From: Octopus bimaculoides
Lineage: Eukaryota
Direction: 5' to 3'
Assembly: GCF_001194135.2 (NCBI RefSeq)
Contig: NC_068981.1
Span: 177,850,287-177,913,941, forward strand
DNA: 63,655 nt
Of this stretch, positions 53,461-63,655 are shown one piece after another. Each line of letters starts with the position of its first letter. Positions within the stretch are counted from its first letter, which is position 1. Below the pieces are notes generated by a model. That model did not search any database and was not told the DNA's origin. It worked only from the letters and a program-made list of their open reading frames with translations. The position numbers and the translations under genes are program-made.

Positions 53461-54699
53461 ACAACAACGTCAGCAGGCACAGCAGTTTAGCCCTTGATCA
53501 AGCAGATCTAAAATCAAAAACACTTCAGCTGTGACTATCTCAGTTTTCAGACACCAGTGTATTTCCATTTTCTAATGTGCCTTTCCATTTTTTTCCAACA
53601 GTGGGGGTGTAATTTGAGGGAGAGGAATCAGTTGTAATTTCTAGCAGATCAAGCAACAACAGACTGTTATTACCAGAATTCTCAGTAGTTTATTGCTAGC
53701 TAGATTAGTAATCCATGTATTTCTATTTGCTTTTTAAACTGTTCAAAATTTAGAAACATTTCCCAAACAATATTTTGAAGTGGAAAACCAGTGACAATAA
53801 TTCTCTGGCTCCTAATTAAGTACAAAATTACAAGTCTCCTACCAGACTAACTTGCAACGATAAAATTAAATTTTAAGAACTGTCTCATTTTATTCCACCC
53901 ACATAAGAAACCTCAAAATAAGTTCCTTTATCCTCTTTATAAACAATATATTTTATTACTCCTCCACAAAGTTTTATTTAATAGCTATAGGAAAGAAGAT
54001 TGATGATGTTAGCTAAAGGAGACTTTTAAACCTTTACGGGGATAACCTCTATGGCGCTGCAGCCTGATACAATGCACTCAGTTCATTCTTGTTGGAGACC
54101 TCCCTAGTGCTGGTTGTTACAATAAAAACGCACCCAGCTGTCTTTCTGTCTTTATTATCGCACCAATCATTCTTCAGTAGCTAATGAAAGGATGGGCATC
54201 CAGTATTAAAAAAAAAACTATACCAAAGAAAGAGAGAGAGAAAGAATGAACCGAAGATATGAACTTTGCAAAGTCCCACGTGCATTAAACCCAACTAAGG
54301 GAACAGTAATTTTGAATAAAAACACTGACACAGAGGAGACCAGAGAGGTCTCTATCTAGCACGACTGATATCCATTCTAATGTCAGTGGCACAATAAAAT
54401 GCAATGATAGGAAGGGCATCCAGCAGTAAATAAACAACAACATTACACAACAAAGACAGCTGGATGACAATTGATCGTGGCGAGGCGAGGCACCTTGAAG
54501 CTCCTCTAATCCTATGGCCAGTATGTAAAAACGGATGTAAAATAGTGGTGGTGTTGATTATAAGTTGGATTTGTCGGTTGTATTTAAATAAAATATGTAA
54601 AGAGTACAGGAAAAAAAACATTAATTTTTTTTTAAATATGAGTAAGAACAATCTCTAATGATAACGATACCGGTTTTGAATGTTCACCAAAAGACACCA

Positions 54700-54745
54700 C
54701 GTCAATAATACTCACCTGAAAGAAGAAGAAAAAAAAATTAAATAT
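54700..54745 (-). promoter_or_regulatory. Candidate recursive splice site (3'ss directly followed by 5'ss)
   Basis: Minus strand reads TAATTTTTTTTTCTTCTTCTTTCAG|GTGAGTATT: 20 uninterrupted pyrimidines, then AG (54717-54716), then a consensus donor GTGAGT (54715-54710). Confidence 0.55.
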
Positions 54746-55939
54746 ATTGATAAATACATTGAAACGAATAATAATTTCATCAGTTTTTAAAACATCTAAG
54801 AAATATTTTTCAAAGTCAAACATGTTAAAATATTTTTTTAAAAATATTTCACCAAGTCCCTTGGTTAATTTTGGAGAAAAGTTGAAGATTTATGAAAATT
54901 AAGGGAAATTAAACAAGTCTTTAAAAAATGTGTGCCTTAAATAAATAAATAAATAAATACATAAAAGCTGACATTTTAAAGTATGTCTGAATACAATGTT
55001 ACAAATATATCATTACTGAAGTAGAGCATTCACAGAATAAATGCAGTACTTCTACACATACGAGTATATAGTTTATACCCATCCACCCACACAAAACCTT
55101 GTAATAGGTTAATTTCGATTTTAAATCTCAGGTTAATCCACTCTTAAAACATTTTACTTCAATATCTTCGAAACGAAAAATAACCAAACACGATAACCTT
55201 TCTTCACCAGCCGAAATATATATATTTCTGTACTCTTCACACTTGTTTATTTATAACAAGATAGCCACATGAAGGAGAAAATCAAGTCGCAATCTCGGTC
55301 AAATCAACCCATGCTTGTTCCATACTCAATCAGACCTCCATGCAAAACAATTATCCTCTTCCACGCTACAAACTGGAGTAGTCAAAGACAATTAACAAAT
55401 TGGTTCTTTCCTCCGCTTCAAATGACTAGAAAGTTACAAAGCTAATCTGTAATGAAACAATGGAAGCAAAAATGCCTAATCTAACTCGAAGTACAATTTC
55501 TGTCACGGATCTTTCACTTTTCTATCTAATACTCGATTATTTTTTGCAACTCAAAACAGTCAACAAAATCTCTAAACACCTATAATATTTTTTAATTAAT
55601 TAATAATTTACACATGTATTTGCTGCAACTAGCAGATAAAACATCGTCTACCTCTGTGTTCATAGTTACCATGAATACAGTGAGTATGACAACATAATTC
55701 AACTTCAATGCTGTTAGTTGATCTGTATCTCGTCAGCTTTGTTGTCACTTCAGTGAAATAGCAGTTCAATAATAGATTGCATAGGAAAAGTAAATAAAAA
55801 AAAATCTCTAACACAGTAACCTGACTATTCTCTCTCTCTCACTGTTTAAGATGTGAATTGTCTCAAGCAGTAATAATGTGAAATATGTATTGAATTACGA
55901 TGCCAACATTGACTTAGCTATATGGTCGTACTATACACA

Positions 55940-56440
55940 CCAATAATATTGAGTTAGACAGGGAGACAAGACACACAAGTAGTACAGAGTTAGTAAGGCA
56001 GACACCAGTACTGTAGAGTTAGGAGACAGACACATACCAGAAATATAGTTAAACGGTAGACAGACATACGCATATGATACAGTATTAATCTAAGAGACAC
56101 ATACATCAATGATATAGTTAGATGGCAAACAGACATACACTAGGTGTGTATTAGACATTCCAGTGGTACGCAACTAGGTAATACTCAGATACACACCAGC
56201 ACCAGTGTTTTGAAATTAAAAAGCACTCAAACATACAACAGCAGTGTGTACCGCTAGACGGTACTCAGACACATTGGTAATGTATTGCTGGTTAGTACTC
56301 AGATAAACACTAATAGTTAACAAGACTGTTGGTACTCAGTTACTTAGCAGTGAGTACACGGTTGATACTCAGATGTACAGTAGTAGAAGTACAGCTAAGT
56401 GATACTCGATGATACAGCAGTGGTAGACAGCTACCGTGAC
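55940..56440. repeat. Highly diverged ~33-42-bp minisatellite (about 13-14 units)
   Basis: (G/A)TACTCAG-like cores near 56182, 56224, 56262, 56296, 56333, 56366 and 56402; AGACAGACAC-like cores near 55966, 55998, 56023, 56058, 56093 and 56126. Confidence 0.7.
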
Positions 56441-57036
56441 ATACATTACACTCGTAAATAGCACCGAGGGAATCTCTGTGGTCACTAAAGCTGCCAGAAA
56501 TAACAGTTACATATTCCCCCCATTCCCATGTCATAAAAAAGTTTGAATTGGATTAAGATACCCTTAAAAGACAAGATGGTCACGGTTAGAATGCCACTGA
56601 TTATATAGATCTGCTGGATTACAGTTTGCTTCTCAACAACAGAGAGATACACTCACGGTAAACAGCTACATGGAATCCAAAGCATTTATTTACCGTGTAC
56701 AACTAGATGGTACCCAAATACGTTCTGTGTACTGCGATAAGACAAAATCAGCAGTGATAGAGCGATAAACTTAAATGTTGAGGAAATGACCTGGTTGTCT
56801 TCACCGCTTTCACCATTCTAGACTTTCTCTATTTAGGAAATATCTTACATACTTGTCTCCCTTGAGAGATTACGAAAAATTATCCTTTGTATTATTTTTT
56901 TCCTACCGACATTTCCACAACCGCCTCACCTGACTCAAATATTCAGGGAGGAAGTGCCTGTGCATTCGATCGACCAGCTAGATATAACAGACAAATTTCT
57001 GTCGAATTACATTTCACAGTTTAGGAAAAAAGGGGA

Positions 57037-57083
<47 letters not shown>

Positions 57084-57150
57084 ATATATTTTGTTCTTTT
57101 ACGTATTTCAGTGTAAAGGCTATGGCCACGCTGATACACACATATATATA

Positions 57151-57488
57151 CAGGCGTGGCTGTGTGGGAAGAAGTTTGCTTCTCAACTACATAGTTCCGG
57201 GTTCAGTCTCATTGCGTGGTACCTTGAACAAGAATCTACAATGCTCTAGGGCCGACCAAAGCCTTGTGGGTAGATTTAGAAGACGGGAACTGAAAGGAAC
57301 CCGCCGCGTATGTATATGTGAGTGCTTGTTTGTCTTCCACCTACCCACTGCTTGACAACCGGTATTGGTTTGTTTAAGGCAAAAGAATAAGAATTCTTTT
57401 AAAGAGAAAAGTATTTGGTTCCGTTTGTTCGACTAAACTTTTCTGTGCTCAAACATGGCCGCATCCAATGAGTGAAACAAATAAAAGA
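57151..57488 (+). mobile_element. SINE family A
   Basis: CAGGCGTGGCTGTGTGG...GGTTCAGTCTC...GGGCCGACCAAAGCCTTGTG...CATGGCCGCA. Confidence 0.85.
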
Positions 57489-57625
57489 CACATATAACTA
57501 GACAGTTTGATAAGACCCGACTTTGGCTGGAATTAAACTATATTTGGGTATTTACTAATTTTTTTTTAAATAATTAAAAGTGCCTTTGAAAATCAAAATA
57601 TATTAACACATAAAACTGATTACCT

Positions 57626-57992
57626 CTTTTATTTTTTACTTGGTCCAATTATGCAGGGGTACTACCTTGAAAAGTTTAGTTGTACAAATCAATTCTAGTA
57701 CTAATTTTTTAAGGCCGGTACTTGTTCTCTTGGTCTCTTTTACTGAACTGCTAAGTTACGTGGATGTAATCAAACCAACATCGATTGCCAACCGTTGGAG
57801 GGGGGTGTCAAACACAAAGATACACACACATGTATATACAAGTTTCTTTCAGTTTTTTGTTTACCAAATCCACTCACAAGGCTTTAGTCAGCCTGGTGCT
57901 ATTAGTAGAAGACAACTGATCAGGGTGCTGTACAGTAGGATCGAACCCACGGTCACCTGGTTGGGAAGTAAGCTTCATAACCACATAACATG
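57626..57992 (-). mobile_element. SINE family A
   Basis: Reverse-complement copy, tail-to-tail with 57151-57488. Confidence 0.8.
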
Positions 57993-58113
57993 TTTAATCA
58001 AGAATCTATGAATAAAGTATTTCTTTGCGTGATTTTTAATAATGAAAGACAATCTGTAGGTTTCAAATAAGCTCAGATGTTTTCTAGTGAAACAGGTTTA
58101 CATTGACTGATAT

Positions 58114-58326
58114 TGGTTTCAAATTTCAGCACATGGCCAGCAATTTCGGGGGACAGGCTAAGTCAATTACATCAACCCCAGTGCTCAACTGGTAATTACT
58201 CTATCAACCTCAAAAGAATGAAAGGTAAAGTTGACCTTTGGAGGAATTGGAACTCAGAACGTAAGGAAGGACAGATGAAATGCCGCTAAGCATTTTGCCC
58301 AGCATGCCAACAATTCTGCCAGCTCA
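58114..58326 (-). mobile_element. SINE family B
   Basis: Clear reverse-complement copy. Confidence 0.85.
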
Positions 58327-58714
58327 TCACTGTATTGTGACTGACATTTAAAAAGAATTAAATTCAGTATGAATTAAAAAAAAAAAAATTTTTTTTTTGT
58401 TGTGCCTTTTTAACTAAAATATAGCTATAAAAAAAAATTGTCAGATTTGGGCAGGCAAAGCAGAGTTGCACCCTTCTGTTTGTATATAATGAATCAACAA
58501 GCTAGGAGTGGGACAAAGGTTAAAAACTGGCTCTGTCACAACATGAGTCAAATATCAGGTGTCTATAAGAATTTCTTTTTTCATTTTCCGTTTTGTTTAG
58601 CAGCAAAATGGCAACTACCAAAAATATAATAAAAAACAGATGGAATTTATAAAGAAGTATAAAGTGCCCCTTGCCCCACAAAATATTAACCTTGATTTTA
58701 TAGATTCGATTTTG

Positions 58715-58920
58715 GCAGCAAGCTAGCAGAAAAGTTAGCACACTGGACAAACTACTTAGTTGCATTTCATCCATCTTTACATTCTAAGTTCAACTTTGCC
58801 TTTCATCCTTTCAGGGTTTGATGAAGTAAGTACCAGTTGAACGTTGGAGTCAATGTAATTGACTAAGTCCCCTCCCATAAGATTTCAGGTAGCCTTGTTG
58901 TGTCTATAGTAGAAAGGATT
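58715..58920 (+). mobile_element. SINE family B
   Basis: CTTTGCCTTTCATCCTTTCAGGG...GTAAGTACCAGTTGAACGTTGGAGTCAATGTAAT. Confidence 0.8.
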
Positions 58921-60405
58921 TAATGTGCTGTTTCAGACAGAATTTTACAATCAGTTAAAGGTTTGAAATACAGTGCAGTAGAAAATTAGTTAGACAAAAA
59001 GACAAAACAACTTAATTGACACAAAATGGTATTCCAATGAGTCATAGACATGAATATATAACTAAGAAAATTTTTAATAAAAAAAAAAAGAACAAAACAA
59101 GAGTCCTCCATGTTAGTCCTTGACTAACCAGCAATCTTAATCTGATAATAGAAAAATATCTCAAACTGCAAATGGATATTTAATCATAGATCCATGGGGG
59201 GGGGGGATAGTTTTAAACTACTTAATGTGTCAAAAAGCATCTCTTATAAGTGTAAACAGTACCTCACATATATAAAGAAATTTAATATCAATTTGTTCAT
59301 TTAACATGCTTATTTAAAGTTCAAGTGCTCTATTAAAAAATACAATGAAAGAAATTAATGAATTTTTAACAACTTATCAATTAATTTTGCCTTTTGTTTT
59401 GTTTTAAGTTTCGTTTGAAATATTTGTTAATGAGATTAAAACCAAATCATTTAAAAGTTCAAAGAATAAAAAAATATGTTAGATGTCTTAAACAATAAAT
59501 TTAAACTGTGAAACATAATNNNNNNNNNNNNNNNNNNNNNNNNNNNNNNNNNNNNNNNNNNNNNNNNNNNNNNNAGCAGTGCAGTGAACCATTTACAAGA
59601 TGCAAAGCTACATCTGATTTCTACAAAATTATGAAAGTGATTTACAAAAGTAGAACTGGTGGAATTTATAACATTAATATAGACCAGGAGTCAGCGAACT
59701 GGGGTAAATTACCCCAAGTGAGGTAATAATTAAATTCTTGAGGGTAACGAGGGCTCATTAGACATAAGTAAAATTACGTTACAACCGAAATTTTTCTTCT
59801 GGCATGAGGAGGCAGTCAAAAAGTTGCTATCCTTGCAAACAAGGATTTTCTACACTAACACACACACACACACACACACAAAAAAAAGCAGAGTAATCGA
59901 TTGTATCCCAAAGACTATGCAAATTGCTCTGGCATCAAAATGTCCCAATTTTGATATAATTGTAACCAAAATGAAAAAACACCTGAAGTGAAAAAGTTTC
60001 CAGAAAAATCCTTTTGTTTCATAATGAGGATATTAATTTATTTTTATCGCATTTGTTTTATTCTCTATATATTTATGATTGCATTCTCCAGATAAATAGA
60101 TTCAATAAACCTTTCGAATTCTAAGAATCTATTATTTTCTTCCTTTCAAATCAAGGGGGTAATGTCAGTGTAATTAAATATATTTTGTGGTAATCGGTTA
60201 AAAAGTTCCCCAATTCCTGATATAGACTGTAAGTTTGCATATATTTTTTTTTTGTCATTAGACTGTGGGAATGAAGGGGCAATTCCATGAGGGGGAGGAG
60301 AGAGATGCTTGTCCAAAATGCCATGCAATGGGATCTTTTTCATGACAAAGTCTGCTCTAAACCACTACAAAAAACAAGTCAAACATTCTCAATCTTAATC
60401 CTTAA

Positions 60406-60626
60406 CCCTTTAGCATTTAAACCGGCCATATCTGGACAAAAGTATTCTGCCTGTTTTGTGTTCAAACTGGCCAGATCTGGTCTCTCACACCAACCCTACA
60501 ATATCGTTTTAAAAATTAACAGCTACCTCATCAAAATCTCATAGCTACAAGATAATGCATGATTAGTTCAAAACAATGTGGATGAAAAAGCATTAATTTT
60601 GGCAGAATAATGCGAACACTAAAGAG
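60406..60626. mobile_element. piggyBac-type MITE
   Basis: TTAA-CCCTTTAGCATT ... CACTAAAGAG-TTAA. Confidence 0.8.
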
Positions 60627-61302
60627 TTAATGAGGTTTTTTCATAAAGCATGCTTAACTTGCAGCACCTTTTTCAAGGAAGTTTTCACTGGATTCCAATT
60701 ATCCCCTAATTATTCTTATTACTTAGTCCCTCACCTCTCAAAAACAAGTTCTTAAAAATGTGATTCAGAGAATTTATCAACACACACATACTATATCTTT
60801 CAATTTATGCAAATGTGGATATGTTTATGTATACACACAAACATATATAGACATGGGTGTGTGTGGGTGTATGTGTGTGTCTGTAAGATTATAGAGCAAG
60901 CATAAATGAATAGGCATATACAGATAAATAGATAGGAAACAGGCTAACAGAATTTGTGAGGTAAAATATTTTGATGGTAGATAAACTAATATGTCTATCA
61001 CCAGCCATTATCACTACATTTTATTTTCTTAGCTTAAACTTTAAGCATTCAATACAGCTATTTCAGTTTCTCTTGACTCTATTTAATAGCTATGTTGGCT
61101 ACAAGCCTAATCATAAGCATCTGAAATAATTTTAAAATTCAACAGAAAAATATATTTTCTCATGATAGAATCTTTTTTTTTTTTTTACTTTTTCAAATAA
61201 CACACATGCTGTTTTAAGACTATAATAATTAATTAATAAGAAAGTTTTATAAAATGCTTGAAGATTCAATGGTTAAAATAAATAAACTAACAATAATAAT
61301 TG

Positions 61303-61452
61303 ATTTCAAATTTTAGCACCAGGCCAGTAATTTGGTGGGAGGGGCAAGTTGGTTATATTAATGCCAGTGCTCAACTGGTACTTATTTTGTCGATCCTGAA
61401 AAGACGGAGAGCAAAGATGACCTTGGCGGAATTTAAACTCAGAATGTAAAGA
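61303..61452 (-). mobile_element. SINE family B (further partial copies at about 51185-51275, 61560-61690 and 61990-62130)
   Basis: Reverse-complement matches to the core. Confidence 0.75.
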
Positions 61453-61701
61453 GACATGCAATAATAATAATAATAATAATTATTATTATTATCATTGTTA
61501 ATATAAATACAAGACCACAAACTTGTAGGAAGTATATAATCAATTAAGCACACCACAGAAGTTGACTGGTAAATTATTTTAATGATACTGGAGAGATGAA
61601 AGGTGAAGTTAACTTTGGTAGGAATTGAACAAAGAACATGACTAAATATAACAAGGTATTTTGTCCAGTGCCCAACTGATTCTGCAGCTCATTACCTTTA
61701 A

Positions 61702-61877
61702 CCAATTAGCATTCAAACTGGCCATATTCAGCCTCTCACACCTACCTTATAATATCATTCTAAAAATAAATAATTACATCATTGAAATCTCAAATCTACA
61801 AGATAAAACATGATTAACTCAAAAGAATGTGAATAAATAAGCATTACATTTGGGAGAGTATTCTGAATGCTAAAGGG
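61702..61877. mobile_element. piggyBac-type MITE, second copy with an internal deletion
   Basis: TTAA-CCAATTAGCATTC ... GAATGCTAAAGGG-TTAA; the body aligns to 60406-60626. Confidence 0.8.
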
Positions 61878-62359
61878 TTAATGCTTATTTTAGCACGATT
61901 CAGAATGTGAGATTACATGACTTTATACTCTAATGCATTTTAAGTACAATTTCTGCTTCTGACACTACTATTTGGGGTAAAAATAATTATTTCAAATTTT
62001 AGCACAAGGCCAGCAATTTTAAGGGGAAAGCTAAGTCAATTACATCAACCCCAGTGCTCCATTGGTACTTATTTTATTGACCCCAAAAGAACAAAAGGCA
62101 AAAGCCAAATTCAGTGAAATTTGAACCCACTCATGGTAGAAAAGAAAATAATTTCCTCGATGCATAAAAAAAAAAATCTGTGTAGATTTGGGAATAAATA
62201 TAGCCATTTCAAAAAATCCTCAGTTTACTGTTATGTGGATGCTGTTAACTTTGAAGAGAGGCAAAGCAATTCCAGCCTTTATTAAACATAAAGAAAACCT
62301 CCCATGGTGACCCCACTAAACATAATATAACATAAAAACCCTTCAAAACAATCAATTTA

Positions 62360-62702
62360 GGCACAGTAGTATGGTTGTGTGGTAAGGAGTTTACTCCCCA
62401 ACCACATGGTTCTGGGTTCAGTCCCATGCTTAACATCTTCGGCAAGTGTCTAAGTGTTTACCAGTCACAGATCAACTAAAGCCTTGTGAGTAGATCTGGT
62501 GGACAGAAACCAAAAAAGGAGAGTCATGTGTGTGCTGGTTTGTTTACATCTCCATAACTTAGTGGTTCAATAAAAAGACACTGATAGAATAAGTACCAGG
62601 CTTAGAAAATGTAAAATAAGTACTGGGTTGGTTTGTTAGACTAAAATGATTCAAGGTTGTGCCCCTGCATAGCCATAGTCTAATGACTGAAACAAATAAA
62701 AT
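62360..62702 (+). mobile_element. SINE family A
   Basis: Full head, core and tail match. Confidence 0.85.
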
Positions 62703-62904
62703 AATATGATTGCTCCCTACATAGATATATATATAACATTGCCAAAACCACATCATAAAAACCAAAATTTCACCATATTGGAATCCTGCTCACATATATG
62801 GGTCAATGTAGCTGCTATAAACACAAAGATGACCCAGACAACATCCAAAAGAAGTTCATTTAAACTGATTGGCAATGATTCAGTTACCAATACTCTTTAA
62901 TCAC

Positions 62905-63120
62905 TTTGTTCGGATAACTCCCTCTGTGTTCTCTATCACTACTACATAGCTTCTGCTCTCCCAAATTATCCACTCTGGCTCACTGATCTCTCCACCTTTG
63001 TCCCCATCCACACATTTCTGTAGGCACTGACCAACAGATGTTAAAGAAAACTGAACCTCAACTGCATCAATCTCACCAGTTTGAGAAGGCTTGCAAAGAT
63101 CATGAAGACTACTCCTCCCT
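62905..63120 (-). mobile_element. Very old RTE-like RT relic
   Basis: EISEPEWIIWESRSYV resembles RKLGxEEWLVRAVQAMY; weak. Confidence 0.35.
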
Positions 63121-63655
63121 TCTATATATNNNNNNNNNNNNNNNNNNNNNNNNNNNNNNNNNNNNNNNNNNNNNNNNNNNNNNNATATATATAAGTTAAA
63201 CTTAGAATAATAATGTACTGATTTCTTCACTATCCTTGTCGATTCTTACTAACCTAAAAATAAGTTTCTATCAGCACCAACATGACCACAACCATAGTTA
63301 TCCAAAACATGAAGCAGATCCATTTTCATTATTATTGTTAGGTGTGTATCATTTGATTTTGGTTCTAGTAATGCCAACTGTTATGTGGAGCATCATGTAT
63401 TAATATAACCAGTTCATACTACAAAGTGATCTTCACCAGTAGAGGCACCATCTGAAAGCATGTAGCAAGTAAAAAAAAAAAAAAAAAAAAAAAAACCCCA
63501 GAGAACTAAGTAGAAACTGTAAAACAAGCAGTAGTAAAAAGAGACAGGCAAGGAAAAGAAGCTAACGAGAAAGGGAGTATAATGGAAAACTGATCTTGAT
63601 TATGGAAGAACATAACATACAGATGAATTGAAAAGTTAGAGATCAATAAAAAGGA

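Larger units (their letters stand above)
54460..57100 (-). promoter_or_regulatory. CpG-retaining unique block; candidate internal promoter or enhancer
   Basis: By eye, many CG dinucleotides outside repeats, whereas CpG is nearly absent over long intronic stretches elsewhere. Contains an ETS-like GGAAGTG near 56950 and a donor-like TCAG|GTGAGG at 56930/56929. Confidence 0.4.
19753..63655 (-). other. ZMIZ1: Probable very long ZMIZ1 intron (>43.9 kb, phase 1), open at the window end
   Basis: No sequence resembling the upstream ZMIZ1 peptides (MDRHIQQTNDRL, LLDWCGDPRAFQ, DLDLGYRLLAVC) was found by eye on the minus strand between 19753 and 63655. Confidence 0.6.

Noticed and set aside
54352-54823. 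Short ORFs around the AG|GT site as coding exons
   Set aside because: Low-complexity AT-rich translations without homology, partly overlapping decayed RTE-tail sequence.
55620-55675. ATG AAC ACA GAG GTA GAC (MNTEVD) as the ZMIZ1 start exon
   Set aside because: It continues DVLSASCSK with no RHIQQTNDRL similarity, and the donor is weak.
55940-56440. CRISPR-like repeat/spacer periodicity
   Set aside because: Eukaryotic context, cores only 7-10 bp and degenerate, spacers related to each other, no cas genes; treated as a minisatellite.

Overview
AT-rich animal genomic DNA. The repeat landscape (RTE LINEs ending in (GAT)n, tRNA-headed SINEs, mariners, dense microsatellites) looks like Octopus. 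The window lies inside one large minus-strand gene, a ZMIZ1/ZMIZ2 (tonalli/Zimp) PIAS-like co-activator ortholog. Only two coding exons are visible: 19752-19617 ([20 protein letters not shown]...) and 4080-3814 (...SLSVVTTVWGV...), which splice in frame across a 15.5-kb intron. I found no match to the three upstream exons of the ZMIZ1 N-terminal domain, so the intron 5' of 19752 is probably >43.9 kb and runs off the window end; the exons encoding the central and SP-RING regions would lie left of base 1. Nearly all other ORFs in the track are noise or transposon relics. The most interesting signals are: (1) a textbook AG|GTGAGT recursive-splice (ratchet) motif at 54716/54715 in the giant intron; (2) a CpG-retaining, promoter-like block at about 54.5-57.5 kb containing a degenerate ~36-bp minisatellite and a candidate first-exon donor; (3) a 150-bp-arm, ~93%-identical inverted repeat 1.7 kb downstream of the 3814 donor, which also buries a perfect 5' splice site; (4) a PHD finger inside RTE ORF2; (5) a mellifera-type mariner; (6) a fold-back L1/Tx1 fragment between 26-bp direct repeats. 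All analysis was by eye; boundaries of degenerate repeats are approximate, and comparisons to known proteins come from memory, not searches.
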